From Candidatus Saccharibacteria bacterium CPR2 (GTDB taxonomy: Bacteria; Patescibacteriota; Saccharimonadia; Saccharimonadales; QWHN01), in the NCBI GenBank assembly GCA_021404905.1, contig QWHN01000001.1, forward strand, positions 194,162 to 258,161: DNA of 64,000 bases, read 5' to 3'. The notes beneath the pieces were generated by a model. The model was not told where the DNA came from and ran no database searches. It saw only the letters and a list, made by a program, of their open reading frames with translations. The position numbers and the translations under genes are program-made. Positions within the stretch are counted from its first letter, which is position 1; each line of letters opens with the position of its first letter. Positions 1 through 10,105 of the stretch are shown here, piece after piece.

Positions 1-660
1 CTGGATTCAATAATCGAGCAAATCGACCCAAGTTATCACAACACCAGGCTAAGATATAAAAAGGTACTTTTCCAGCGAAACCAATATCTTAAAAAAAATA
101 TTCATTCAAAAAAAGACGATATATTTGTTTGGGACCTACAGCTTAGTAGTCTTGGTTCTGTTATTTCCAAAAAAAGGGAGCATATCATAAACCAAATCAA
201 CAAAACATCAGGTAAAGTTTATAGCCTAATAAGTCAAAAAAAATCAGAACTAAAAATTGTTTATAAGCCAAACTTGTCGGCGCAAGACTATTCGACAACT
301 ATGCTTAATCTTCTGAGCAAGGACCTGGAACAAGACACATTGAGGGGTTTTACCAGTATTGGGCCACATCGAGATGATTTTGAGGTATTTTTAAATAAAA
401 ACAACGTTTTATCAAGTGCTTCCAGGGGTGAAACTCGAACAATTATTCTTGCGCTAAAGCTTATTGAGCTATCAATACTGGAAGATCTAACGGCGCGAAA
501 ACCTCTTTTATTGCTGGACGATGTTTTTAGTGAACTTGATGGAGCCCGCCGCCAAGCACTTACCAAATATCTAAAAGATTACCAAACTATTATCACCACA
601 ACCGACGCCGACGCCGTTCTGGACCACTTTATGTCTGATTACAAAGTCATTCCTTTATAA
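1..660 (+). CDS. recF: DNA replication/repair protein RecF, 3' part (5' end lies outside the window)
   Basis: Frame 1 is open from nt 1 with no stop. C-terminal RecF/SMC-like motifs are present: GPHRDDF, SRGETRT (signature-like) and LLLLDDVFSELD (Walker B/D-loop). Confidence 0.85.
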   Translation: MDSIIEQIDPSYHNTRLRYKKVLFQRNQYLKKNIHSKKDDIFVWDLQLSSLGSVISKKREHIINQINKTSGKVYSLISQKKSELKIVYKPNLSAQDYSTTMLNLLSKDLEQDTLRGFTSIGPHRDDFEVFLNKNNVLSSASRGETRTIILALKLIELSILEDLTARKPLLLLDDVFSELDGARRQALTKYLKDYQTIITTTDADAVLDHFMSDYKVIPL

Positions 661-665
661 GCGCC

Positions 666-2210
666 CTAATCCACCACTCCTTCACTATTTTGAGAAAACC
701 CTGGATTGTCTAATTCATTATCCGCCGGTGAAAATATTATGTTCATTTCTGAGGAATTAATACCGTTTGAATTTAGGTAATCTAACGCTTTTTGCCTGTA
801 AGTTTTGGTGTTCGATACATATTGAGGAAATTGCGAATCTCTATTTAAGATTGCATTAGTGGTAATTAAAAGAGTAGGCTTGTCGCCAAAATGTACAACA
901 TCAATGTTATATTCGTTGTTTTGAGTTGGTAAGCTAGTAGAAATTGTCTCTTCAACCCCACCACTATTATTTGGCTCCAAGATTATTTTATATATCCCAG
1001 TTTCATTGGAGGCATTCCTTCGAGTGGTTATATATATAGCATTCATCTCTGGCGCACTATAAGCATTGGTAATATCATATTCATTAACAGTAGCCTTAAT
1101 AATTCTTTTTGAGTAACCCGAAGACAAATCAAACTTCCACAAACCCTCTTCGTCGGAATAAAGTATTTCAGAACCCGATCGCCAAAACATAAAATGTACC
1201 GGAGAGTGTACTTGTTTTACTATGGCGTTGTTATTGTCTGTGTCGATTACAGTCATTAGGCCTGTATTTGTGACATAAGAGAAATACTTACTATCACCTG
1301 ACCAACTGGCACCAAAAATCGGTGTTTGAAAATCCGCCTTTGCCCCTGTGGACACATTAATAATTGAACTGGTTGAGTTTGCCTCTTCTTGCGCATCGGG
1401 TGTCTCGCTTGCGGAATAAATAAAAATCTTATTGTTCTTTAGCTTGATCTCGTCTATATAACTGGGCACTAAACCTAAATCCTTGGGTTGCTTGTCTTGA
1501 ACCCCGTAAAACACCAATATCCTGCTATCAATAGTTATGACTGCAAAGGAATTATTGTCAGGGTCAACACTAAAGTCTTTGTATCCAATCACATCTCCTT
1601 CGTCCCAATCCCCTTCACGCTCCAGTATAAGACTAGATTTTTCGCTGGTCGCATCAAAGTAATGCAATGAGCCATATTTATCCAGATACAACGAAGAGCC
1701 ATCGTTGAACCATTCCGAATCTTGCACAATGCCATCTCCGCCAATTCGCCTTGGTTGATAATGATTTTTGAGTAATTCATAAAAATAATCGTCGTCACTT
1801 TTTTGATATCGCAGAACATCGTTTGATGCAAAAACACTGTCAGCTTCTTTGTTGATTACAACTTGCTTTTGCGCAAAACTATAAGGAGGAGTGTCCACGA
1901 CAGATTTACTGGAACGCTTCGCACTAATAATAATTTCATTTATTTGCCCGTCTGGTTTCTCGACCCTTATTTCATATTCCCCCGGGCGTACCCGCATATT
2001 GGCATTTTCTTTTTTTATTTCGCTTTGATCACTTATTAATCCATTTTGTGAGAGCCTAGCGACTTTAATAAGCGACCCCTTGTCATGGGTTGTTATTTCA
2101 ATCTTTGCCTTTAGAAAAAAATTATCTATAACTAAAAAAACTATAATCAACACAAGCGTTAACAACACTGCAAAAACAAGTACGCGTTTCTTGTTGCTCA
2201 TACTTTGCAT
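666..2210 (-). CDS. Hypothetical N-terminally membrane-anchored/secreted protein, possibly beta-propeller (PD40/TolB-like repeats)
   Basis: 514-aa ORF with an AGGAGG-type RBS. It has an N-terminal hydrophobic helix (VLVFAVLLTLVLIIVFLVI) and repeat-like segments such as SWSGDSKYFSYV. It is the last gene of the minus-strand T4SS-like operon. Confidence 0.5.
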   Translation of the reverse strand: MQSMSNKKRVLVFAVLLTLVLIIVFLVIDNFFLKAKIEITTHDKGSLIKVARLSQNGLISDQSEIKKENANMRVRPGEYEIRVEKPDGQINEIIISAKRSSKSVVDTPPYSFAQKQVVINKEADSVFASNDVLRYQKSDDDYFYELLKNHYQPRRIGGDGIVQDSEWFNDGSSLYLDKYGSLHYFDATSEKSSLILEREGDWDEGDVIGYKDFSVDPDNNSFAVITIDSRILVFYGVQDKQPKDLGLVPSYIDEIKLKNNKIFIYSASETPDAQEEANSTSSIINVSTGAKADFQTPIFGASWSGDSKYFSYVTNTGLMTVIDTDNNNAIVKQVHSPVHFMFWRSGSEILYSDEEGLWKFDLSSGYSKRIIKATVNEYDITNAYSAPEMNAIYITTRRNASNETGIYKIILEPNNSGGVEETISTSLPTQNNEYNIDVVHFGDKPTLLITTNAILNRDSQFPQYVSNTKTYRQKALDYLNSNGINSSEMNIIFSPADNELDNPGFSQNSEGVVD

Positions 2211-2236
2211 TATAAACCTCCTTCCAACAAATATTG

Positions 2237-4114
2237 TTATGGTAATTTTTCATAGGTTTCATATAATTTTGTAGGCAACTGTATCTTGTCGCTACCTTGT
2301 CTAAATAACGCCTGGTTTTCTGAAGGGCAACTTTCTCGTTTACAGGGTGGCCGCTTTTGTCCGGTGGCGGCATCAATGTGTAAGTGGGCTGAACCGCAGC
2401 CATTGCTTGCGGATCCTACTACGCCAATCTGGTCGCCAGCATTTACAGTTTGACCTTCTGTAACGGTTAGACCGTCAAAGGATAAGTGGAGATAAGACAC
2501 AACTACATCATTCTCTTGATTGTAGACTTCTACTAATCTTCCAGGACACTTATCTTCACCAAAACGCGTAACAGTACCACCTATTGATGCCAAAACTGGG
2601 GTCCCTGGAGTTGCCATAATGTCGTGAGCAGCATATGGATGGCCCCCCTCGCTCATTTTTCCATCTTTAAATTGCCCACCATTTTGAGATTCCATATCTG
2701 CTTTTGTGGTGTCTAGAGGAAACACAAAGTCCCCAGTCCCTACTTGTTGACCACACTCATCAGTAGCGCCTGCTCCCCCAAGCAGAGCCATGATTGTCAT
2801 TGCGCCGGCTTGTTTATTTACTTTTCCCTGAGTGCTACCTGGCTCAGATGCATTGCCTGGCCAAACCATGCCTTCTCCGTCACCCCCAGCATGCTCAGCA
2901 TCATAATAATTCATAGCATATGGTGATGTGTCTGGGTCTTGATTAACCCTCTTGTACATAAATCCTCTATTGTAAGCAACAAAGGCATCGCGCATTTCCT
3001 CAAAACTTGATGTGGCCGTCAATTCAATTCCGTATACCATTTTGGCCATTTCCTTTAAATGTTGTGCTCCGCGCTTATAGTTTTCGGTCTTATCTGTGGG
3101 CCATACATCGTTGCTATCTGGGTTTGATGATCCTAGTGGTTCACCAGAACCAATAGAAGCCCCAGGGTCATTGCCTGCTTCTCTATAATGTAGTGCAGCT
3201 AACATTTGCCATGGTATATTTTCTGCCTCCGCAGCTTCCTGATAATTTGGCTGAAGTTCTTTTATTGTTCCCTCTACTTCACTAAAAAGCTGTTTGCCTT
3301 TATCAGTAACAGAACTTCCGCTGAAATCAGCGGAACCGGCTTGGTTCTCTGGTGTTGTTCCAGCTCCTGGTGAAGGAGTCGCGCCCGGAGTATTTGTAGA
3401 CTGAGTTTTGTTTAGCTCCTCTCTTACCTGGGCCATAAATGTAGCTCCAGGGTCGCTATTACCCGGGTTTGCTTCATAATGACCAAAAACTCCTTTTTTT
3501 CCAGCTCTATCCGCTATATTTTGGATATTATATTTTGCCATTAGTTCTTTCACGACTCCGATTACGGTTTGAAACTGTGTAGGGTTTGAGAGTAGAGCAT
3601 TTTCATCCATGCCCTCAATTTCTATACCAATACTGACATCGTTCCATCCCTGGTCAGCCATAGTTTGCATTGGCCGAGTTTCCAAAGTATTGGTAAGTTG
3701 AAATAACTTTCCAGACGCATTTATAAACAACTGTACCCATCTACCGTTTGGGTAACCTGCTTCAACACGACTCTTTAATACATCAATAAGTTTTGTTGGA
3801 GGATCTCCATAATTATCACCCTGAGTAAAATGGAGCATTATCGCAGTTGGTTTGATCTGTCGCGTTTCTGAAAATGACCCAGTCATTACCTGAGCTTCTT
3901 CCAGAAAGTTTGTGTTTTGCTCATTGGCTGCTTCCGTACTTCCACATTCGTCAATGTCATAAAAATACGTGCCGCCATCATATAGCTTTTTTTGATCTTC
4001 GGACAATACGGCATAAGCAGGGATAGCATTAAAAAATAAGAACCCCAAAGCCACCACTAAAAAAATGACTCGATTTGAATGTTTAAATAAGTTATTCACT
4101 GCCCTGTGCCACAC
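2237..4114 (-). CDS. Secreted multidomain peptidoglycan hydrolase: N-acetylmuramoyl-L-alanine amidase (Amidase_2-like) plus C-terminal M23 (LytM-type) peptidase
   Basis: It has a signal/anchor helix. Amidase_2-like motifs are MLHFTQG, GIEIEG and GHYEANPGNSDPG. M23-like motifs are AAHDI...YLHLS...GSAHLHID. It overlaps the upstream gene by 19 nt. Confidence 0.7.
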   Translation of the reverse strand: MWHRAVNNLFKHSNRVIFLVVALGFLFFNAIPAYAVLSEDQKKLYDGGTYFYDIDECGSTEAANEQNTNFLEEAQVMTGSFSETRQIKPTAIMLHFTQGDNYGDPPTKLIDVLKSRVEAGYPNGRWVQLFINASGKLFQLTNTLETRPMQTMADQGWNDVSIGIEIEGMDENALLSNPTQFQTVIGVVKELMAKYNIQNIADRAGKKGVFGHYEANPGNSDPGATFMAQVREELNKTQSTNTPGATPSPGAGTTPENQAGSADFSGSSVTDKGKQLFSEVEGTIKELQPNYQEAAEAENIPWQMLAALHYREAGNDPGASIGSGEPLGSSNPDSNDVWPTDKTENYKRGAQHLKEMAKMVYGIELTATSSFEEMRDAFVAYNRGFMYKRVNQDPDTSPYAMNYYDAEHAGGDGEGMVWPGNASEPGSTQGKVNKQAGAMTIMALLGGAGATDECGQQVGTGDFVFPLDTTKADMESQNGGQFKDGKMSEGGHPYAAHDIMATPGTPVLASIGGTVTRFGEDKCPGRLVEVYNQENDVVVSYLHLSFDGLTVTEGQTVNAGDQIGVVGSASNGCGSAHLHIDAATGQKRPPCKRESCPSENQALFRQGSDKIQLPTKLYETYEKLP

Positions 4115-7044
4115 CTGTTAGCCATTGGTGCCGGATCCCAGTGCCATGGCTCATATGAATACTGTTTAAATCCAAATGATTCAGCGTTCTTCTCGAGCCA
4201 TACCCATCCCGGGTCTCCTGGAGCTCTAGCTCTCCCACTACAACTAGTTTTTGACCCACTCGCCGAACCTCCCATTTTTCCTCCTCCACCCGTTGCTAGA
4301 AAATCAATGGCGGTACCAGTTTGATGTAGCGATTGCCCTGGTTTAGCACACAAACCTCCATCACCAGTTCCGCCGCACGAATCGGCCAACCTAAAGGAAC
4401 TGGATGAGTTAAGTTGAATACCTTCAGCCTTTGCTTTTTCGCCCAAAGCTTGCCATGCTCCGGAAACCCTGGAATTGACTGTTGCCCCACCTGGCGTTTC
4501 GTTACCACTCGCATCGTTTCCCTCCCCCCCTATGCCACTCAGCCTGCACAAACGTATAACAAGGGGACCCGCGCTCTTTTTTAGGTCTCCGGTGTACTTT
4601 GTCTCCACTACACCCAAATCGGATGTGCCAGCAGCACATGGTACGGAATCTGAATTTTCACCTATGTCGCCTACGATGCCACCATCATTAGTTCCCATTG
4701 CTTCTGAAGAACTGCTTTCTACACCTAAATTCGCGCAAGCGCTATCGTCTATACTCTCATAACAAGCCATTGATTCGGCCACATAGCTGTCCATTACGAA
4801 AAACCTAAATCTTAAATAATCTTCATTATTTCTATCATCAAAACACTGGTCGGGAAGCTTTCTGTAGTCCATTGATTGTCCGGTTGTAATCTTAAATTCC
4901 GGAGCTGGTGACATTGAAATACCGAAACAATCCTTATATTTATCATAGAGATTTTGGATTTGCTCATCGCTCATAGAATTCATATTTTCTATTGGGTTTG
5001 CTACAGTTGGATTATCAAGCTCTTCTAAACTAAAACCATATTTGGAAAAACTGTATTCGTACTCTTCCTGAGCGTGAACCTTTCTTACGAAAGGAAGGTT
5101 TGAAAATGCTGAAGAAAATAATGAACTCGGTGTTTTGAATACGGAAGAGACCATTCCACTGTAAGACACAGGAGCTTGTCTGTAAGCGAAAGACATTAAT
5201 GAACGAGGGTTGGAAAGCGAGAAGGTTCTATACACAAACCCTTGTTCTTTTGCTATTCTGCTTATTTCTGCGTCTCTAACTTCATCCAGTTCAGCGGTTT
5301 CCTCTGGAGTTAATTTTCGCCCTCCTAACGTAACCGCTTGTTCGTTAGCAAATAGGCGCGTCCCGTAATTAAATGCGTTACCAAGGTCTGAACCCGTAAG
5401 GCTTTCAAGGTTGACTAATTTTTTACCAAAAGTTTCTATGACAAAGTCAAGTAACTTGGGAAAGAAAAATGCACCCGCAACTTCACCCAGAACCGTACTT
5501 GCTATTTTCCCTGCTCCGGTAGCAAATTCGGCTGCCGTAACTGCCCACTGAAATGCAGTGTTCTCAACTATTTTACACCCAATGCCCACACCAGGAATTG
5601 AGTTTATTATCTCAAGTACTTTATTTTGCTCGTCAGGGGGCTGTAAGTTTGCTGGCATATCAGGCCCAGTAAGCTCTTGCCCTAATTCCCCTTGTATACT
5701 CCTCGCGTTACTCCATGTCCTTTCATTGGACTCTTTTGATTCATCATAAAGCTTATTGGCGTAATACCCTAAAGAATCTAAATCAATATCATGGCCAGCT
5801 TGCGCCTGACTACCAAGAGCCATAAACTCACCACCCAGACGCATCAGCGGTAAGATTAAGTTTGGGTGAGCTGTAGAATCAATAGCCTCAATAACCCCCT
5901 TAATTGCGCATAAAGCACTGGCGATTCCTACTGCTCCAAGAGCCGCAAATCCACCCTTTTTAAAATCTGATTTTATATCTTCTAGTGTGTCTGGGTTTTT
6001 CGCACCACCAGCCGCTGCATCATCGTCGGCATTTGGTGTTTTGTTTCCGTCCTTATCCTCATCGCCATCCCCAACATAATCTGGTTTATCGTCTGTCTGC
6101 CCATTGGAAAGCGTGTCGTCTCTCTTTTTCTTTATTTTTTCCCAAACGTCAGAAAGCTTTTCATCCACCTTTCTGTCTAACTTTTTAATGGGATGAAGAG
6201 TGATACCAGCCTTTGCTTTCAAGGGGCGTCCTAGCATGGATGAAGCGATGCGGCCAGGGAAGGTCTTTGCCATAAATTTGTTTCTAAATTTGGAGAATTT
6301 TCTAGTAGAAAACATACTCTCGAACTGGGTTCTATCTATGTCTACAGCATTGCCATTAATATCAGCGTCGATATCAAACTCAGATTTAAGTTGTTTTTGA
6401 ATTTCCTCTGGGCTTTTGCCTCCGCTATCAAACGCATCGGGGTCAATTTTGACCTTATCTAAATAACCAGCCCTATTATATTCGAACTCTATTCCACTTG
6501 CCTTAAGCTTTGTTTCGTATCTTGTGGCAATAGCGTTTTGCAAAACAGTAAGTCGCCTGCCAGCCTTGTCGTTTGGATTTCTCATATATCTAATAAGCCT
6601 AGTTCCTCTATTTGCGATGGCTTCGTCATTTGAGAATAAATGAAACTGTTGTAGTAATTGAGAAATGTGAATAAATTGAAGGGGGCCGTGCAAAAAGCTG
6701 AACCCAAACATGGTTAGGCCGACAATTCCGCCACCAATGCCTCCGCCAATGATTTTCTTTTTGTGCCGCGCGTACCATTTTCCGGATTTGCCATCAGAAT
6801 CGTCATCATCTTCTACAACTTTTAATCCAGCATCCCTAGAGCTGGCTCCTCCGCCTTGTCCTTCGCCTTCAATGGAGTGCAGCTTCGCTCCCCGCCCGGT
6901 GTACTTAAAAGAATCTGCTTCCTCCGCTTCCCTCAGGTTACCACTTGGCGTACCATCACCCTTTCCACCCCCATGAATAACTTTTAATTTTGGTCTTTCA
7001 TGCGGGTTAAACTCTGGGTCGTATTTTCTAGCTGGTTCTGCCAT
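4096..7044 (-). CDS. Large membrane protein with a C-terminal VanY/M15-type (LAS) D,D-peptidase domain; T4SS-associated cell-wall hydrolase candidate
   Basis: 982 aa with an AGGAGG RBS. Gly-rich TM segments include IIGGGIGGGIVGLTMFGFSF. The C-terminus carries SLHQTGTAIDF and YEPWHWD, which match the LAS metallopeptidase signature. Confidence 0.6.
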   Translation of the reverse strand: MAEPARKYDPEFNPHERPKLKVIHGGGKGDGTPSGNLREAEEADSFKYTGRGAKLHSIEGEGQGGGASSRDAGLKVVEDDDDSDGKSGKWYARHKKKIIGGGIGGGIVGLTMFGFSFLHGPLQFIHISQLLQQFHLFSNDEAIANRGTRLIRYMRNPNDKAGRRLTVLQNAIATRYETKLKASGIEFEYNRAGYLDKVKIDPDAFDSGGKSPEEIQKQLKSEFDIDADINGNAVDIDRTQFESMFSTRKFSKFRNKFMAKTFPGRIASSMLGRPLKAKAGITLHPIKKLDRKVDEKLSDVWEKIKKKRDDTLSNGQTDDKPDYVGDGDEDKDGNKTPNADDDAAAGGAKNPDTLEDIKSDFKKGGFAALGAVGIASALCAIKGVIEAIDSTAHPNLILPLMRLGGEFMALGSQAQAGHDIDLDSLGYYANKLYDESKESNERTWSNARSIQGELGQELTGPDMPANLQPPDEQNKVLEIINSIPGVGIGCKIVENTAFQWAVTAAEFATGAGKIASTVLGEVAGAFFFPKLLDFVIETFGKKLVNLESLTGSDLGNAFNYGTRLFANEQAVTLGGRKLTPEETAELDEVRDAEISRIAKEQGFVYRTFSLSNPRSLMSFAYRQAPVSYSGMVSSVFKTPSSLFSSAFSNLPFVRKVHAQEEYEYSFSKYGFSLEELDNPTVANPIENMNSMSDEQIQNLYDKYKDCFGISMSPAPEFKITTGQSMDYRKLPDQCFDDRNNEDYLRFRFFVMDSYVAESMACYESIDDSACANLGVESSSSEAMGTNDGGIVGDIGENSDSVPCAAGTSDLGVVETKYTGDLKKSAGPLVIRLCRLSGIGGEGNDASGNETPGGATVNSRVSGAWQALGEKAKAEGIQLNSSSSFRLADSCGGTGDGGLCAKPGQSLHQTGTAIDFLATGGGGKMGGSASGSKTSCSGRARAPGDPGWVWLEKNAESFGFKQYSYEPWHWDPAPMANRCGTGQ

Positions 7045-7056
7045 TTTTACTGCCTC

Positions 7057-8976
7057 CTAAAAAATCTCTCCAGAAGCACCTTGATTGATTACTTGGTTTG
7101 GTTGAGTATTCTGAGAATGAAGATTGGTTGCGAGCTCTTGTATTTGTTGTAACTCGCTAGGGTTAGTAGTGATCAACGACTGTTCTGTTGGAGAAGCGAC
7201 AATCTGTAAATGCACATGGTTTTGCCCGGCGAACAACAAACCTTGACCGACAGGGAATTGGCTAAGACGCTTCTTTTCTTCGCTAGTAAGCTTAAATACC
7301 TCAGCCAGAACATCCACAGAAGAAGTAGACTGCTTCAGTAAAAGCTGCATAGACGAGTTGGCCACAACCGCGCGGCCTAGTTTTGAACCCATAAAATCTT
7401 CAACATCCTGAGAAATTGTAGTCAAACCCAAACTATATTTTCGGGCTCTTTTTGCCAGGCTAAACATAAACTGAGCTGAATCCTCGTAACGCATAAGTTG
7501 CCAAGCCTCGTCTATGATAAGGAGGCGTCTTTTTTGGTCGGTCTTTGTTTTATTCCAAATATAATTTAGGACTATATACATTGCCACAGGGCGCAGTTCA
7601 TCTTCGAGGTCGCGAATGTTAAACACAGCCAAAGAGTTATTGATATCAATATTTGATTGCTGGGAAAATATTCCGGCAAACGTGCCCGATGTGTATTTCC
7701 GCAGTCTTTGCGCCAGTTGCGGGCCAGTTCCCTGCATGTGCAAAAGGGTTTGATAAAGATCATTCATTGTTGGCGGGGGTGTATTGTGAGTAAGCGGGTC
7801 GCTGGTTATTCCTGCTTTAGCATAAGTTTCGATTAAAGCTTGATCTAGGTCTGCTTCTTCAACAGGGCTAAGTGCTGGCCCTAAAGACTCTCCGCCGGAA
7901 AGTTGTGCTTGGGCTCCACCCATCATCAATCTAAGCAACCCGTGCAGGGTGATGAGGTTTGACCTGAGCGCGTTATCTGCCTCTTCTTCGTCAATGACCC
8001 TTGGCAGGTCAAACGGATTGATTCGAGTTTGTGAATTTAAAGACAACCTTACATAAGCACCGCCGACCGCGTCACACAACCTTTGGTATTCATTTTCCGG
8101 ATCTACCACTATTACTTCCGCGCCAAACATCATGGTTCTTAGAGCCTCGAGTTTAACGGCGAAAGATTTTCCGGCGCCGGACTTTGCGAATACTACCGAG
8201 TTAGCATTTTCCAAAGTAAATCTGTCAAAAATCACTAAACCGTTGTTGTGCATATTAATTCCATAAAGAATCCCAGACTCTTGCGTTAAATCCGCGGAGG
8301 TAAACGGAAAGGTAGTTGAAAGGGCTCCGGTATTTAAATTGCGTTTAATTTGCAAAGTGTCAAATCCTTGTGGCGCGGTAGAGCTGAGCCCCTGCTCCAT
8401 CTGGACGGTGGCAGCTTTTGAATAAACCAACTGTTGGCCCAGTATTGTCTCGATTTTATGCTGGATATACTCTAGCTCCTCGAGAGAAAAGGCATAGATC
8501 GTTATATATAAAGCAAACCTAAAAAATCTTTCTTCTCCTACCTGAAGTTTATCGCGAAGCTCCTCGGCATCTTGGATGGCTGCTTGCTTGCCCGGGTCCC
8601 TAACCCTGCCTTTTTCGGAGTCAATTTGTATAGAAGCTTCAAGCTGGCCAACTTTTTTGCGTAAATTCTCAAGTACAATTTGACTTTCAACAGGATATAT
8701 AAACATAGATATATCGGTTTCTTCGTCGATATTTATAAGGGGTGACATCCATCCGGTGTATAGTTGCCTGGGATAGCCGAAAATATAGAGGGTTCTTCCA
8801 TATTTGGTTCCTAGTTTGAAGTGCCCCGACTCGAGCTCTATCGAACTAGGAGCGATGAAATCTCGAAGCGCGGTAATGCCTTTTTGAAACGCTTCCTCAA
8901 CCTCTATTTGCTCACGAGCTCGTTGCTCGGCAGCAACATCAACCGGTTCTGGTTTAACGGATTTAAACAAGCCCAT
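7057..8976 (-). CDS. virB4: VirB4/TraE-family type IV secretion ATPase
   Basis: Walker A is FAKSGAGKSF and Walker B is RRLLIIDEAW. The N-terminal domain is typical of Gram-positive VirB4 (FKLGTKYGRTLYIFGYP). A GAGGGGG RBS precedes the start. Confidence 0.9.
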   Translation of the reverse strand: MGLFKSVKPEPVDVAAEQRAREQIEVEEAFQKGITALRDFIAPSSIELESGHFKLGTKYGRTLYIFGYPRQLYTGWMSPLINIDEETDISMFIYPVESQIVLENLRKKVGQLEASIQIDSEKGRVRDPGKQAAIQDAEELRDKLQVGEERFFRFALYITIYAFSLEELEYIQHKIETILGQQLVYSKAATVQMEQGLSSTAPQGFDTLQIKRNLNTGALSTTFPFTSADLTQESGILYGINMHNNGLVIFDRFTLENANSVVFAKSGAGKSFAVKLEALRTMMFGAEVIVVDPENEYQRLCDAVGGAYVRLSLNSQTRINPFDLPRVIDEEEADNALRSNLITLHGLLRLMMGGAQAQLSGGESLGPALSPVEEADLDQALIETYAKAGITSDPLTHNTPPPTMNDLYQTLLHMQGTGPQLAQRLRKYTSGTFAGIFSQQSNIDINNSLAVFNIRDLEDELRPVAMYIVLNYIWNKTKTDQKRRLLIIDEAWQLMRYEDSAQFMFSLAKRARKYSLGLTTISQDVEDFMGSKLGRAVVANSSMQLLLKQSTSSVDVLAEVFKLTSEEKKRLSQFPVGQGLLFAGQNHVHLQIVASPTEQSLITTNPSELQQIQELATNLHSQNTQPNQVINQGASGEIF

Positions 8977-9066
8977 TCTAATTCCCCCTCTGGGTGTAAA
9001 TTTTCATTTTCCATTCGCTGTACAGCGAACCAATTTTCAAAAACTGCTCCATTAACCAGTCAACAC

Positions 9067-9129
9067 AAACTGAAAACTGAGAACTGAAAACTGAGAACTG
9101 GCCAATGTGATTTGTGATTTGTGATTTCA
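9067..9129. repeat. Heptamer tandem tract of nine in-phase 7-bp units
   Basis: The units read aaactga aaactga gaactga aaactga gaactgg ccaatgt gatttgt gatttgt gatttca. The tract sits in the spacer between the 9133 gene and virB4. Confidence 0.9.
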
Positions 9130-9132
9130 TAA

Positions 9133-10077
9133 CTAATTCCCTTCTTGCAAATTCTTTCTAGGGGCTTCACCTTGGCCTTTAGTAACAATGGGGGTGCTGA
9201 GTTCGTCGTAGTTTTTTAGCTCTTCAGTGCTGGATGTGCCTGGGTTATAGAACGAATAATAAAGCTCAATTAACTCTTCGGTACTAAGCGGAACCGCTTG
9301 AATGCCTACATTAATCAAACTATTTACAACGCCTTGGACGCGATTTTTTAGCTCAGTCTTTGCTTTCTCGAGGTCTTGTTGATTAATATCTATAATCCTG
9401 GTAGTTTTTTTGAATTTAAAAATACTAAACACTTCATTCACAGCTTTTTTGCCCTTATTAAAGGCTTGCTTTGGATCAATAACTGGTGAGTACGGTACGA
9501 CAATGTAAAACTTTTTATCCATGATATTTGTTTGCTGCACTAGGTCCGTGATGAAGTAAATATAATCTTCCATTAATAGCGACAAAAGCATGTTTTCTTG
9601 GTCGTTTTTGGCTTTTTCCAGTTTCTCCAAGTATGGACGCATGTCGACTTTCTGAGAACGCATAAATATTTGAACTGTAAAATATAGCGAATTAAGAAAC
9701 GATTGATATGCGTATTCAACCGCTTCTCTCTCCTGTGGATTCATTAAGTCAAAGTTGATTGACTGAGCCATAATGACCGAACGGTAACTTCCATCATTCA
9801 TAATGACGAGCCCGTCGCGAATTTCGGCAATATCAAGATTGTTTTGAGTGCTGTTTTTATTGACGTTGGCAGGAACGACAGGTGCCCTTGCCGATGGTTT
9901 GATTTGTGGATTTTGAACGGCTGGCCTCTCCTGCGGAATGCTTTGAGGATTAAATTGTTGAGAGGGCGCAGGTTGTTGTGTTTGGGCGTCTGGTGCCTGC
10001 GTCGTCGGCTGAGATTGTACCGACGCGCCTTGAGACATTTGCTGATATGAGTTTTGATTCTGTTGATTAGGATCCAT
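9133..10077 (-). CDS. T4SS-associated protein: Q/P-rich N-terminus plus a domain resembling the N-terminal domain of Gram-positive VirB4, with no ATPase motifs
   Basis: 314 aa. The segment IRDGLVIMNDGSYRSVIMAQSINFDLMNPQEREAVEYAYQSFLNSL resembles the VirB4/TcpF N-domain pattern. No Walker motifs are present. It lies immediately upstream of virB4. Confidence 0.4.
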   Translation of the reverse strand: MDPNQQNQNSYQQMSQGASVQSQPTTQAPDAQTQQPAPSQQFNPQSIPQERPAVQNPQIKPSARAPVVPANVNKNSTQNNLDIAEIRDGLVIMNDGSYRSVIMAQSINFDLMNPQEREAVEYAYQSFLNSLYFTVQIFMRSQKVDMRPYLEKLEKAKNDQENMLLSLLMEDYIYFITDLVQQTNIMDKKFYIVVPYSPVIDPKQAFNKGKKAVNEVFSIFKFKKTTRIIDINQQDLEKAKTELKNRVQGVVNSLINVGIQAVPLSTEELIELYYSFYNPGTSSTEELKNYDELSTPIVTKGQGEAPRKNLQEGN

Positions 10078-10105
10078 TGGTTCTCATTTTGCTAGAGAAC
10101 AAACA

